This document shows positions 42,057 through 52,059 of a stretch of DNA of 64,000 nt, in pieces (the stretch's first letter is position 1; every line of letters starts with the position of its first letter). Origin of the DNA: Elusimicrobiota bacterium (GTDB lineage: Bacteria; Elusimicrobiota; Elusimicrobia; 2-02-FULL-39-32); assembly GCA_021730935.1 (NCBI GenBank), contig JAKFYJ010000015.1, positions 6,760 through 70,759 of the forward strand, written 5' to 3'. The notes beneath the pieces were generated by a model that ran no database searches, was not told the origin of the DNA, and was given only the letters and a program-made list of their open reading frames with translations. Position numbers and translations under genes: made by a program.

Positions 42057-42096
42057 TAATTCTATCATATCAGGATCGTCCAATTGAACGTCCAGG

Positions 42097-42125
42097 TTGA
42101 AAAAATGGCTTTGTGCTGTTAAGAT
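42097..42125 (+). promoter_or_regulatory. Sigma70 promoter, probably leaderless
   Basis: TTGAAA-17-TAAGAT with extended TG, 6 nt before ATG 42132. Confidence 0.65.
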
Positions 42126-42131
42126 TTCCGG

Positions 42132-44564
42132 ATGAGAAAGTTGTGGATCGGCCTGCTCCTAATTTTTGCCGGCGCCCTGTTTGTGGGGTATCGGCTGAAC
42201 AGAGAATGGACCGCTCACCCAGCTCCTCTTGCGCGAACCCCGCTGCAGGAAGACATTTTTCAAAATCCGCCCTTGGAACCGGAACTGGAAGCGTTTATTC
42301 CGGACGGAGCGGTTGCTCTCATCGGAGTCAGGGGACTGAAAGGCCTTTTGGGCCGATTTTCCTCGACAAATCTTTATATCCATTATGAACAATCCATTTC
42401 CAGCGCTGTCCGGAAAGCAGAAGAAACATACGGCGCAAAAAACTTATCGAAACGCTATCTGTCCGACACGTCTTCCATTGAAACGATCATTGGAGAAAGC
42501 ATGGTTGTCGCTTTCTATCCCAAACCTTCCAAAATCATCCCCGCAGCTTATACAGGCCTCCCCGGAACACAAGATCCCATGCCGGGGTCCGCATACAAAC
42601 CCGACCCTATTCTGCTCATTTCAAAAACCCAGCCGCAGGCAGAAAAACAAATTGAAGAATGGGTCAAACCTTATGCCGCCCTGTTGAGCAGACAGGGTTA
42701 TGGAAGAAATTTCATCCAATCCCTTAACAAATATGTTTTCTGGGCATTTCTGACGAAAGGGAAATCCCGATGGATCTTTGTCGGAAATACCCTCGATACC
42801 GTCAAGAAGGCCCTCGACTTGGCAACGGCTCAATCTGACAAGAAACCGCTTTCCGAAGGGGAATGGGTGAAGAAGTCGTTTAAAAAACTTCCCAAAGACG
42901 CGTTTGGCTATGTCCTCCTTAATCTCAACGGCATTCCTGGAGCGAGAAACAAAATGTCCTATTTTCCAATTGTCCCCGATTGGTATTGCCAGAGTTTGAC
43001 CTGGAAGGATGGAGTGGAAGTTCATGGCTTTTTGAACTCAAACCCGGAACTGGAGAATTCAGCCTTCGGACCTTTGACCAAGATCGGACCTTCGGATTAT
43101 CCGATTCTTCGCCTGATCCCAGACCCAACCCTTGCGGTGACCGCCACGAATTCTCTCACGCCGGAAGCCGCCGAAAACATTCTGGACGATCTTCTGCTCA
43201 GAGGCGCCTTATTGCCCAAGAAACTGTCCGAATCTATCGGTAAATGGAAAAAGGATATCGCGGGCCAAGCCTGTGAACAAGCTTATGCCGCCTATAATGG
43301 GTTTCAAAAATCAGGTTCGGAATATCTCCCGGATGTATTTGGCGCAGTCCAGATTGCGTCTCAACTTAAAGTTCAGGCCGCCCTGGAGATCGCCAGGAAA
43401 CTGCTGGACTCCAAGGATTCTGACGCCTCTCTGGAAAAGAAACTGCTGGAAGGTTACGGCTCTTATTTCACCCTGACTTACAAAGACCCCGCCGGCAGGG
43501 GAAAAAAAATATTCATGGCTCAAAATGGGAATTATCTCCTCTTCGCTTCAAACGAGAACCGGATCAAAAGTCTCTTGATCAAGGGGACCCATTCTTCCCA
43601 ATCAATTTACGCCATTGCCGCGAATTTGCCGGCGCAAGGCAATGCGACGATTTTTTATGATATCCGGGGATTGTATGAAAATTGGATCCAGGTGGGCATC
43701 GAAGAAGCCGCACTGAAAACCGGGAACCCCTGGCTCATGAAGTATCGGGAATCCTTGATGGCCTGGCTGGAATTTTTCTCCGGATTCAAAGGCGGGACCA
43801 CAATCCTTTCAAATACGCAAAAAGGACTCAGCATCCGATCCTTTTATCCATACCAGGACTACACCTACGAACAGTGGGAACAGAAATTATTTAATTTTAA
43901 GCCTCGGATGCGGGAGTGGACTTTGGCCGGGATCCAGTCCAGGATTCTTTACGACACATATATGATCCAGTATACCGTGAACTCCGCGATCCAAAACTAT
44001 AAAAAGAGAGCTCATAAAAACCCGCCGACCCTGCGTTCCCTGGTTCCAAAATATTTGAGCGCCATTCCGGAAAACCCATTAAGCGAAACTCAAACTGTCC
44101 ATTCCACTCTCGACGGAAAAGGCGGCTGGTACTATAACCCGATCACCGGCACAGCCGTGCTCAATTTTTCGAACGTAAAGCTTTTTCCGGGATATCTCGC
44201 GCCTGCAGGCAACGCGGCTTCTGAAAAAAATGAAGATTCCGGCAAATACGATGTCAAAGCTTTCAGTTATCCGTCCTACATGGACAAAGAAGAAACCACG
44301 CGCAAAAACCTGCTTTCCCTGAGAGACGCCCTGTTGCTTTTTAGCGATGATCACAACGGCGATGTTCCGGAAAAGATAAAAGACTTGGTCCCGAAATATA
44401 TTAAAAGCATCCCCATCGCTTCTCTCGAAAACCACCCAAACTCCAACAAAATTTCTTCAACATTGGACGACAAGGGCGGGTGGTATTACCTGCCAAATAA
44501 GGCCATGATCAAAATTAACTGCACTCACAGCGACCATGAGGGATCACCTTATTATAACTGGTAA
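42132..44564 (+). CDS. Membrane-anchored DUF3352-like protein with two C-terminal pilin/GspG-like repeats
   Basis: N-terminal TM; twice-repeated LVPKY...IP...LD.KGGWYY unit. Confidence 0.55.
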   Translation: MRKLWIGLLLIFAGALFVGYRLNREWTAHPAPLARTPLQEDIFQNPPLEPELEAFIPDGAVALIGVRGLKGLLGRFSSTNLYIHYEQSISSAVRKAEETYGAKNLSKRYLSDTSSIETIIGESMVVAFYPKPSKIIPAAYTGLPGTQDPMPGSAYKPDPILLISKTQPQAEKQIEEWVKPYAALLSRQGYGRNFIQSLNKYVFWAFLTKGKSRWIFVGNTLDTVKKALDLATAQSDKKPLSEGEWVKKSFKKLPKDAFGYVLLNLNGIPGARNKMSYFPIVPDWYCQSLTWKDGVEVHGFLNSNPELENSAFGPLTKIGPSDYPILRLIPDPTLAVTATNSLTPEAAENILDDLLLRGALLPKKLSESIGKWKKDIAGQACEQAYAAYNGFQKSGSEYLPDVFGAVQIASQLKVQAALEIARKLLDSKDSDASLEKKLLEGYGSYFTLTYKDPAGRGKKIFMAQNGNYLLFASNENRIKSLLIKGTHSSQSIYAIAANLPAQGNATIFYDIRGLYENWIQVGIEEAALKTGNPWLMKYRESLMAWLEFFSGFKGGTTILSNTQKGLSIRSFYPYQDYTYEQWEQKLFNFKPRMREWTLAGIQSRILYDTYMIQYTVNSAIQNYKKRAHKNPPTLRSLVPKYLSAIPENPLSETQTVHSTLDGKGGWYYNPITGTAVLNFSNVKLFPGYLAPAGNAASEKNEDSGKYDVKAFSYPSYMDKEETTRKNLLSLRDALLLFSDDHNGDVPEKIKDLVPKYIKSIPIASLENHPNSNKISSTLDDKGGWYYLPNKAMIKINCTHSDHEGSPYYNW

Positions 44565-44598
44565 ACTTAAAGCCCCTTAAAAATTGTAAAATATAAAG

Positions 44599-44940
44599 AT
44601 GCGTTGGCTCTTGCGCTCCAAAATACACAAAGCGACCGTCACCGAGTCCCGGCTGGACTATATCGGAAGCATCACGATTGACGGAGATTTGATCAAGAAA
44701 GCAGGGTTCTGGCCCGGAGAAAAAGTCCTGATCGCGTCTAACACGACAGGAAAACGGCTGGAGACTTATGTTTTGGTGGGGCCCAAAGGGTCCGGAGTGA
44801 TCTGCATGAACGGGGCCGCGGCGCACATCGTCAAGGTGGGCGAGGAAATCATCGTGATGGGGTTTGAACTTTCAAACAAGCCGGTCAAATCGAAAAATGT
44901 TCTGGTGGACAGAAAAAATAAATTTAAACGATATTTGTAG
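44599..44940 (+). CDS. panD: Aspartate 1-decarboxylase
   Basis: SKIHKATVT, YIG/SITID cleavage site, RLETY, NGAAAH. Confidence 0.95.
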   Translation: MRWLLRSKIHKATVTESRLDYIGSITIDGDLIKKAGFWPGEKVLIASNTTGKRLETYVLVGPKGSGVICMNGAAAHIVKVGEEIIVMGFELSNKPVKSKNVLVDRKNKFKRYL

Positions 44941-44960
44941 GGGCGATTCATGAATCGCCC
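44937..44960 (+). repeat. GTAG-type REP-like palindrome between convergent panD and queF
   Basis: GTAG followed by the perfect palindrome GGGCGATTCA-TGAATCGCCC. Confidence 0.65.
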
Positions 44961-44968
44961 GCACGGCA

Positions 44969-45361
44969 TCAACCAGGATCCCTGCCGAATTTTGCCTCAA
45001 TAATAGATTTGATCCCGCCTCTCGGCGTAAAATCTCCGCGAATATAAGCCCACTTCGGTTTGCAAACTTTCACAAAATCCTTCAGGATTCGGTTGATCGC
45101 GTTTTCATAAAATATCCCCAGGTTCCTGTAAGCATGGATATAAAGCTTGAATGATTTGAGTTCCACGCACCATTTTCCGGGACCATAAACCAGCGTCACA
45201 TTCGCGAAATCCGGCTGGCCCGTTTTGGGGCACACCGAGGTGTATTCGGGGACGGCAAGGGTGATTTTATAGTCGGGGAACTGGTTGGGGAAAATGTCCA
45301 TCTCGGGCAGTTTCACGTCCAGGCCGGTGCGGGAAAATTTTTGTTTTTCTTGCGGGGTCAT
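44969..45361 (-). CDS. queF: PreQ0 reductase (unimodular)
   Basis: EYTSVCPKTGQPDF, VELKSFKLY, FTPRGGI; start at MTPQE. Confidence 0.93.
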   Translation of the reverse strand: MTPQEKQKFSRTGLDVKLPEMDIFPNQFPDYKITLAVPEYTSVCPKTGQPDFANVTLVYGPGKWCVELKSFKLYIHAYRNLGIFYENAINRILKDFVKVCKPKWAYIRGDFTPRGGIKSIIEAKFGRDPG

Positions 45362-46377
45362 TTTTTCTTCGAGGGAACCGGGATGACGGCGGGTTTGGCT
45401 TTCGGCGTCCATTTGGAAACGTCCCACACCTTGATGGTTTTGTCGGCGCTTCCGGAAACCAGCCACTTCTTGTCCGGGCTGAACGCGAGAGAAAGCACGG
45501 CGCCCCGGTGCCCTGAAATTGAGGCCGCCTCTTTGCCGCGCGCAAAATCCCACACATGAAACGCCGTGTCGTTGAACCGATAGGGAGTGCCGTCTTTGAC
45601 GACGGTCCCGGCATACGCCAGAAATCTTCCGTCCACAGAAAACGCGAGCGCCGAAACCACCAGGTCTCCGGTCTTGATCACACTCATCTGCTTGAAAGCT
45701 CTCGGATCCCAAATTCGGAGCGTCCGGTCCTCGCTTCCCGTCGCCAGCATGGACCCATTGGGACTGAACGCGATGGAGCGGATGGCATTTTTGTGGCCGA
45801 TCAAAACATTGGCGATGCCGAGGTCGTTCTGGTCAATGATTTTTATCCTGTTGTCCGGACCCGTGAGAGCCGCAAGCCGCCTGTCGTTTGAGAAAGCCAC
45901 CGCGTTTCCATCGAAAGTTTTGGCGGGAGTATAATTCTTTCCTTCAAGGAAGCGGACCTCTTTGTCGTTCAAGACTGCGGCCATCGTTTTCCCCGCGGGT
46001 GCCTGGGCCAGGGCGCTCACTTTGCCCTCTGCCGCGATCCTCTCTTCAATCGTATAATCCGTCGCGCTCCGGATGAGGATGGTTTGATCGTCCCCTCCGG
46101 AAACCAAAGTCTTTCCATCGGGAGAAAAAAAGATGGAGTTGACGGAATCCGAATGGTCCTTCCAGGTCCGCATGGAATGAAAGTCTTTCGTGCTCCAGAG
46201 GTTGATGGTCCCGTTTTGCCCGGCGGAAACCAGCACTTTGGAATCAGAACTGAACGCAAGGGAATAGACGCCGCCCGGGTGCCCCGAAAGCGTGGCCGCG
46301 GGAACGATCTTGTCTTCGGCGTTCACGGCCGGGGCAACGGAAATTGCCAATAAAGATAACAATAAATATTTTTTCAT
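45358..46377 (-). CDS. Secreted WD40 beta-propeller protein
   Basis: Signal peptide; repeated GH..V.S.AFSPD...SGS.D.T...WD units. Confidence 0.9.
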   Translation of the reverse strand: MKKYLLLSLLAISVAPAVNAEDKIVPAATLSGHPGGVYSLAFSSDSKVLVSAGQNGTINLWSTKDFHSMRTWKDHSDSVNSIFFSPDGKTLVSGGDDQTILIRSATDYTIEERIAAEGKVSALAQAPAGKTMAAVLNDKEVRFLEGKNYTPAKTFDGNAVAFSNDRRLAALTGPDNRIKIIDQNDLGIANVLIGHKNAIRSIAFSPNGSMLATGSEDRTLRIWDPRAFKQMSVIKTGDLVVSALAFSVDGRFLAYAGTVVKDGTPYRFNDTAFHVWDFARGKEAASISGHRGAVLSLAFSPDKKWLVSGSADKTIKVWDVSKWTPKAKPAVIPVPSKKK

Positions 46378-46378
46378 T

Positions 46379-47050
46379 TCAGTCCAGAAGCGGATCCAAA
46401 AATCCGGCTTCTTCAAATCCTTTTTGTCTGAGCAGACAGCTGTCGCATTTCCCGCAGGGCGAAGCGCCCCCGGAATAGCACGACCAAGTGTATTGATACG
46501 GCACTTTGAGTTTTGTCCCGAGCCGAATGATCCCGGCTTTTGTGAGATGGATCAGCGGCGCCGAAATTTTTATGCCATTTCCCTCGGTCCCGCGCCGGGT
46601 TCCGAGCGCGGCCGCTTTCTCCATCGCGCGCATATAATCCGGCCGGCAATCGGGATATCCGCTGTAATCCACCGCGTTCGCCCCGATCACGATCCGCTCC
46701 GCTCCGATCGCGTCCGCGCACGACAATGCGAAACTCAGAAAAATCGTGTTTCTCGCGGGAACATAAGTCGAAGGAATTTTTCCGCGGGACATTTCCTTCA
46801 CGCTCCGTTCCTTCGGCAAGGCCGTTTTTTTGTCCAAAAGAGCGCTGCCGCCCCACGGGAGCCGGATCTTCACAATCTGGCGGCTGGAACCGGAAATTTT
46901 GGCGATCTTCAAAGCGCTCGAAATTTCTTTTTTATGCCTCTGACCGTAATCAAAGAGGAGACAATGCGTCTGAAATCCTTTGGATGCGGCCCAAAAAAGC
47001 GCCGTGGCGCTGTCCAAGCCTCCCGATAACAAAACCACGGCCGTCTTCAT
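46379..47050 (-). CDS. queC: 7-cyano-7-deazaguanine synthase
   Basis: LSGGLDS, DYGQRH, TYVPARN, YPDCR, TWSCY, CGKCDSC. Confidence 0.96.
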   Translation of the reverse strand: MKTAVVLLSGGLDSATALFWAASKGFQTHCLLFDYGQRHKKEISSALKIAKISGSSRQIVKIRLPWGGSALLDKKTALPKERSVKEMSRGKIPSTYVPARNTIFLSFALSCADAIGAERIVIGANAVDYSGYPDCRPDYMRAMEKAAALGTRRGTEGNGIKISAPLIHLTKAGIIRLGTKLKVPYQYTWSCYSGGASPCGKCDSCLLRQKGFEEAGFLDPLLD

Positions 47051-47090
47051 GTTAGCGTAATAGAATATCATAATTTGATAGAATGCCGCC

Positions 47091-48122
47091 ATGCCTCCGC
47101 AACTTTCGGACTTCGATTTTGAGCTCCCGCAGGAACTGATCGCCCAGGAAGGGCTCGCCGAGCGGGACTCCGCGCGCATGATGGTGCTCAGGCCTTCGGG
47201 AGCGTTCGAACATCAACAGGTCCGCGATTTGCCGTCGATCTGGAAATCCGGCGACCTGGTGGTGAGAAACGATACCCGCGTTGCCCGCGCGCGGCTTTTC
47301 GGGAAAAAAGACACGGGCCGCAAAGTGGATTGCCTGATCGTCTCAGATTCCGTTCAGCCGGAAGAAAAAGAAGCGCTCTTGCGGGGCAAAGCGTTCGGCC
47401 AGGGGTCCACCATCGCGTTTCAAACGCCCGGAGGAAAAACATTCTCGGCGGAAGTGATGGAATGGCTGGGCGGGTCAAAATATCGGCTCCGTTTTTCGGA
47501 CCCCGCGATGATCCAGGAATGCGCGAAACTCCCGATCCCGCCTTATATAAAAAAGCCGCTGGAGAGCGAAGAAAGATATCAGACCGTTTATTCAAAGCTC
47601 GAAGGATCCCTCGCCGCGCCCACTGCGGGCCTCCATTTCACGCCGGAGCTGATCCAAAAGCTGGAAGGGCAGGGAGTGGAGTTCGCCTCCGTGACCCTCC
47701 ATGTGGGGATCGGGACTTTCGCGCCCATCCGGGAACAAAACCTTGAGCTTGTGAAACTTCACGCGGAACATTTTTCCGTGACGGAGGAAACGGCGGAGCG
47801 GATCAATCTCGCGATCCGGGAAGGACGGAGAATTTTCGCGGTCGGAACCACTTCGGTCCGGTGCCTGGAATCCGCCATGGACGGCGAAATGGGCAGGATG
47901 AAAGCCTCAAGCGGATGGACGGAAATATTTATTTATCCGGGATATGTTTTCAAGACGCCTTTGGCGGGGATGATGACCAACTTCCATTTGCCCGAATCGA
48001 GCCTGCTCTGCCTCACGGGAGCTTTCATCGGCAGGGAACGGCTCCTCTCGGCCTATGCGGAAGCCATAAAAGAGAAATACCGATTTTATAGTTTGGGCGA
48101 TTCGATGCTGATACTTAAATGA
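47091..48122 (+). CDS. queA: SAM:tRNA ribosyltransferase-isomerase
   Basis: DFDFELP.ELIAQ, PPYI, AAPTAGLHF, LHVG.GTF, TNFHLP, YRFYSLGD. Confidence 0.96.
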   Translation: MPPQLSDFDFELPQELIAQEGLAERDSARMMVLRPSGAFEHQQVRDLPSIWKSGDLVVRNDTRVARARLFGKKDTGRKVDCLIVSDSVQPEEKEALLRGKAFGQGSTIAFQTPGGKTFSAEVMEWLGGSKYRLRFSDPAMIQECAKLPIPPYIKKPLESEERYQTVYSKLEGSLAAPTAGLHFTPELIQKLEGQGVEFASVTLHVGIGTFAPIREQNLELVKLHAEHFSVTEETAERINLAIREGRRIFAVGTTSVRCLESAMDGEMGRMKASSGWTEIFIYPGYVFKTPLAGMMTNFHLPESSLLCLTGAFIGRERLLSAYAEAIKEKYRFYSLGDSMLILK

Positions 48123-49251
48123 TGGATTTTTCGGACTGCAGATCGAAGACGCGGATTTTGCTCATGTTGACGACGACATCGATGTCCTGCTGGGGTTTGG
48201 CTGAATTCTGAGGTTCCATCCTGGCGATGATGCTGTTCTTGCCCGTGTTTAAATAAAGATATTTTTCAGCGCCCATGGGTTCCACGACTTCGACCGTCAC
48301 TTTGGTCCAGGACCCTTCATGAATTTCCCCCGCGTAAAATAACCGGTCATAAATGTCTTCGGGCCGGATTCCGAGAGTGACTTCTTTTCCGACATAAGGT
48401 TTCAATGTGGCTTCCATTTCTTTTTCTATTTTAAGCTGAAAGCTGTCGGGACGGTTGTCCGTGTCGGGCTCTTTGATCCAGAGGCTGGTCTTTCCGGCTT
48501 CTTTTCTTTCGGAGATGCGGACGGTGAGGAAATTCATCGGCGGAGAACCCACGAAGCCGGCGACGAAACGGTTGGCCGGGCGGTTATAGAGCTGAAGCGG
48601 CGGAGCGATCTGCTGGATCACGCCGTCTTTCATGACGCAAATTTTGTCCCCCATGGTCATGGCTTCAACCTGGTCGTGCGTGACATAGATGATGGTGGTC
48701 TGGAGGCGGTCATGGAGTTTGGAGAGTTCGGCGCGCATCTGGACCCGGAGTTTGGCGTCCAGGTTTGAAAGGGGCTCATCGAAGAGAAAAACTTTGGGTT
48801 TGCGGACAATCGCTCTGCCGACCGCGACGCGCTGGCGCTGGCCTCCGGAAAGCTCCTTGGGTTTGCGCTCAAGCAGGTTTCCCATGTTGAGAATTTCAGC
48901 GGCTTCCTTGACGCGCATTTCAATCTCGCGCTTGGAATATTTCCTGAGCTTGAGTCCGAAAGCCATGTTTTCATAAACGGTCATGTGAGGATAAAGCGCG
49001 TAATTCTGGAACACCATGGCGATGTCGCGGTCTTTGGGAGGAACATCGTTCACCTTGCGGCCGCCGATCCAGATTTCTCCGTCGGAAACTTCTTCCAGGC
49101 CCGCCACCATTCGGAGCGTCGTGGATTTGCCGCAGCCGGACGGACCCACCAGGATAAAAAATTCCTTGTCCACAATCTCCAATGAAACATTGGTGACGGC
49201 GGCGGTGCCGTTGTAACGCTTATATACGTTCTTTAGAATGACTTCAGCCAT
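48115..49251 (-). CDS. Carbohydrate ABC transporter ATPase (MalK/MsmK/UgpC)
   Basis: GPSGCGKS, VFQNYALYPHM, LSGGQRQR, TOBE C-terminus; no permeases adjacent. Confidence 0.93.
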   Translation of the reverse strand: MAEVILKNVYKRYNGTAAVTNVSLEIVDKEFFILVGPSGCGKSTTLRMVAGLEEVSDGEIWIGGRKVNDVPPKDRDIAMVFQNYALYPHMTVYENMAFGLKLRKYSKREIEMRVKEAAEILNMGNLLERKPKELSGGQRQRVAVGRAIVRKPKVFLFDEPLSNLDAKLRVQMRAELSKLHDRLQTTIIYVTHDQVEAMTMGDKICVMKDGVIQQIAPPLQLYNRPANRFVAGFVGSPPMNFLTVRISERKEAGKTSLWIKEPDTDNRPDSFQLKIEKEMEATLKPYVGKEVTLGIRPEDIYDRLFYAGEIHEGSWTKVTVEVVEPMGAEKYLYLNTGKNSIIARMEPQNSAKPQQDIDVVVNMSKIRVFDLQSEKSII

Positions 49252-49308
49252 GGTTATATTTTTAGGGAATGATTAAGGTAGGATTGTATCAAATCACGGG
49301 GACAAAAA

Positions 49309-50661
49309 CTATTTCATCACGGCTTTCCATTCTTTCACCATGTTCCTCCCGTTCTGTTTGGCCCAATAAAGAGCCGCGTCCGCCCGGCGGATCAGTTCGT
49401 TGGGCTGAAGGGAATCGGAAACATAATGGGAGATGCCGATGCTGACCGTGACGCGGATTTCCCCTTTCCTGCGCCCGATGCGGAGCGTCTTTGAAGAAGC
49501 TTCCTCTGAAAGGGCGAAAACGAGATGCTCGATCGCGTGACGGACCTGCTCGGCGATCGCGCGGACTTCTTCGGGAGGCGCCAGGCCGATGAGGATCGCA
49601 AACTCTTCACCGCCGTAACGCGCGATGGTGACGCCCGGATGGAGCGTGTTCTTCAGGCATTCCGCCACGCTCCTCAGGACTTTGTCTCCGACGACATGCC
49701 CATAGGTGTCGTTGATCGATTTGAAATGGTCCAGGTCCAGGAGCAGGACGGAGAAAGAAGTTTCATAGCGCTTGGAGAAACTGATTTCGTCGTTCAGCCT
49801 CTCGAGGAACACGCCGCGCAGATAAAGGTTGGTGAGCCCGTCCCTGCGGCTCCGTTCCACCACCATGCGATAAAGATAGGTTTTGTGGAGACCCAGGCCC
49901 AGGAGCTGAGCGTAGAGCGAAACTTCGTCCAGAAAGTCTCCCGAGACGGGGCCTTCCACGAGGAGCGTGAGCAGCCCCTGAACTTCTCCGCCCCATTTCA
50001 CGGAAGCATAAACCAGGTGAAGGTCATCGCTCTTCATCTGTTCTGACAAGTCCGAGTCCCCGGGCAGATTAAACGCCGACGCCCGATCAGTCAGATCGGG
50101 AACTTTTTTCAGAAGTTTGCTCCAATCTTCTTCCGTGACCCAGCCGCTCGAAAAGGAGGGAATCCACGAGCCCTTTTCGCCCTTCTCTTTTTCAAGGTTG
50201 GTTGAAAATGCCAGGCCCAGAACTCTGCGGGTGGATCCGAAAGTGGTGCTCAGATCCATCAGGACCGCTTTTTCGTCGGTGCGGGCCACGAGCGTTCTCG
50301 CGAAAGCATAACGCTTGGAAATCCGTTCCATTTCGTCCAGGACTCTCTGGCGGATTCCGACCCACTTTTCCCTCTCAAATTTGCTCTGGCCCACCTGCTC
50401 TTTGAGCGCTCTTTCGCCGGAACGGTGCTGATCGGTCGCTTTTTTTACCTCATGCTTTAAAAGGCTCGGGAAAAAACCGGTCATCACGAACAGTCCGGCG
50501 TATAAAACTCCGACGATCTCGTGGCCGGCGAAATATCCGAGCGTGAGCACCGCAACCACGGACACGAAAAGAACGGGGAAATAAACCTTGAACCGGGCGC
50601 GCATCGCGTGGATCAGGAAATAAATGGAGAACAGAGGGAAAAGGGCGAAGAGGTTGGTCAT
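49309..50661 (-). CDS. Membrane diguanylate cyclase (GGEEF)
   Basis: N-terminal TMs; DGLT, DLDHFK.INDTYGH, RYGGEEF, AK..GRN. Confidence 0.92.
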   Translation of the reverse strand: MTNLFALFPLFSIYFLIHAMRARFKVYFPVLFVSVVAVLTLGYFAGHEIVGVLYAGLFVMTGFFPSLLKHEVKKATDQHRSGERALKEQVGQSKFEREKWVGIRQRVLDEMERISKRYAFARTLVARTDEKAVLMDLSTTFGSTRRVLGLAFSTNLEKEKGEKGSWIPSFSSGWVTEEDWSKLLKKVPDLTDRASAFNLPGDSDLSEQMKSDDLHLVYASVKWGGEVQGLLTLLVEGPVSGDFLDEVSLYAQLLGLGLHKTYLYRMVVERSRRDGLTNLYLRGVFLERLNDEISFSKRYETSFSVLLLDLDHFKSINDTYGHVVGDKVLRSVAECLKNTLHPGVTIARYGGEEFAILIGLAPPEEVRAIAEQVRHAIEHLVFALSEEASSKTLRIGRRKGEIRVTVSIGISHYVSDSLQPNELIRRADAALYWAKQNGRNMVKEWKAVMK

Positions 50662-51965
50662 GATTCGACTTTCACCAGTTTGTTCCTGCCGGAATCTTTC
50701 GCCTGATAAAGGGCGCGGTCGGCGGCTTCGATGAAATCCTGGGGCGACTTCATGGAGGCTTTGAGCGCGGCGACCCCGCCGGACATGGTGACATGAATCT
50801 TTTCAGGCCCCACCGGAGTGGATTCCACCATTTTCCGGATGCGGTCAGCGATCGCGAAGGAGTTTCTGATCTGGGTGTGCGGCATCAGGACAGCGATTTC
50901 TTCGCCCCCGAACCTGGCGCAGAAGTCCGTCTCGCGCGTTTGGTTGATGACGATCTCCGCCACGGTTTTGAGGACCCGGTCTCCTTCGAGGTGACCCCAC
51001 TTGTCGTTGATGTGTTTGAAATGGTCCAGGTCGAACAGGATGAGGGACAGGGAAGAGCCTGAGGCCTTGGCCCTGGCGAACTCTTCTTCAACTCTTTCAT
51101 CGAACCGATAACGGACATAAAGACCCGTGAGCGAATCGTGCACGGCCAGGGACTCGACTTTTTCATAATAGACCGCGTTCGCAACCGCGATCGAAACGAT
51201 GTTGGAAATGTCGGAGAGGAAACGGAGATCTTCGTCTTTCCATTTTTTCGGCAGATCGGTGCGGACCGTGAGGTGCCCGACGATAAAATCTTCGCGTTCA
51301 ATGGGGCAGGACATGAGAGAGCAGTCCGGAGGCAGTTTGTGCGGAGGGAAACGGAGATCTTCCGAAGAATCTGAAATCAGGAGCGGGATCTTGTGGCGGA
51401 CCCCCCATTCGCTCAGAGCGTCTTCTTTGAGGGGGGCGTTGGGAAAACTCAGGAAATCCAGATTGATCCGCAGTTCATAGTCTCCCGAAAAAATTTTCCT
51501 GACGGACTCCTGCGTTTTGCACTGAATGTCTTTGAGCTTGACGATCCCGGCCAATTGATCCGTGAATTCCCGGAGCTGGGAATATCTCGCGATGCGCTCC
51601 TCAAGGCCCGTGGCGAATTTCTCAAGCTCTTTCTGCTCTTTCTGATAATCCAGGATTTCAAGCTCCAGCTTTTCTCCGTCTTCCTGGAGCTGATGCTTTT
51701 CGAGGTCTCTCAGCTCGATCAATTTTTCCGCAACCCAGAAGAGCGCCCAAAGCCAGACCATCTGGAGGAAGAAAATCACGGGAGCCGCCTGAGCGCCGAT
51801 GTCGCTTCTGGAAAACAGGCTTTCCGCGGAAAACATGACGCCCAGAATGCCGACCAGGCTGACGATGGCGGCAAGGCCGGCCGCGCTCAGAGGACCCGAA
51901 AAATAAAGCAGGAGCATGACGGGGATCGCGAGGACCGGAAAATAAAAAATGGGCTGAAAGTTCAT
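50658..51965 (-). CDS. Membrane GAF-GGDEF diguanylate cyclase
   Basis: TMs, coiled coil, GAF-like segment, RETD I-site, RFGGEEI. Confidence 0.9.
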   Translation of the reverse strand: MNFQPIFYFPVLAIPVMLLLYFSGPLSAAGLAAIVSLVGILGVMFSAESLFSRSDIGAQAAPVIFFLQMVWLWALFWVAEKLIELRDLEKHQLQEDGEKLELEILDYQKEQKELEKFATGLEERIARYSQLREFTDQLAGIVKLKDIQCKTQESVRKIFSGDYELRINLDFLSFPNAPLKEDALSEWGVRHKIPLLISDSSEDLRFPPHKLPPDCSLMSCPIEREDFIVGHLTVRTDLPKKWKDEDLRFLSDISNIVSIAVANAVYYEKVESLAVHDSLTGLYVRYRFDERVEEEFARAKASGSSLSLILFDLDHFKHINDKWGHLEGDRVLKTVAEIVINQTRETDFCARFGGEEIAVLMPHTQIRNSFAIADRIRKMVESTPVGPEKIHVTMSGGVAALKASMKSPQDFIEAADRALYQAKDSGRNKLVKVES

Positions 51966-51984
51966 GACGGCTGATTCCTTATAT

Positions 51985-52009
51985 AAAAAAATTCCGCCCC
52001 CGCCGGAAT
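51985..52009 (-). terminator. Terminator-like hairpin in the leader of the GGDEF pair
   Basis: ATTCCG-loop-CGGAAT followed by a T run on the minus strand. Confidence 0.5.
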
Positions 52010-52059
52010 CCCTCCTCTTCCAGCCGGGCAATGTGACAACGCTTGAGGATAACAGGGAA

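Noticed and set aside
47051-47090. PreQ1 riboswitch upstream of queC
   Set aside because: The intergenic region is only 40 bp, is occupied by divergent promoter elements, and shows no preQ1 stem or A-rich tail.
44969-48122. 7-deazaguanine DNA modification (dpd) defence island
   Set aside because: No dpdA or tgt paralogue is present, and queF plus queA point to tRNA queuosine synthesis.
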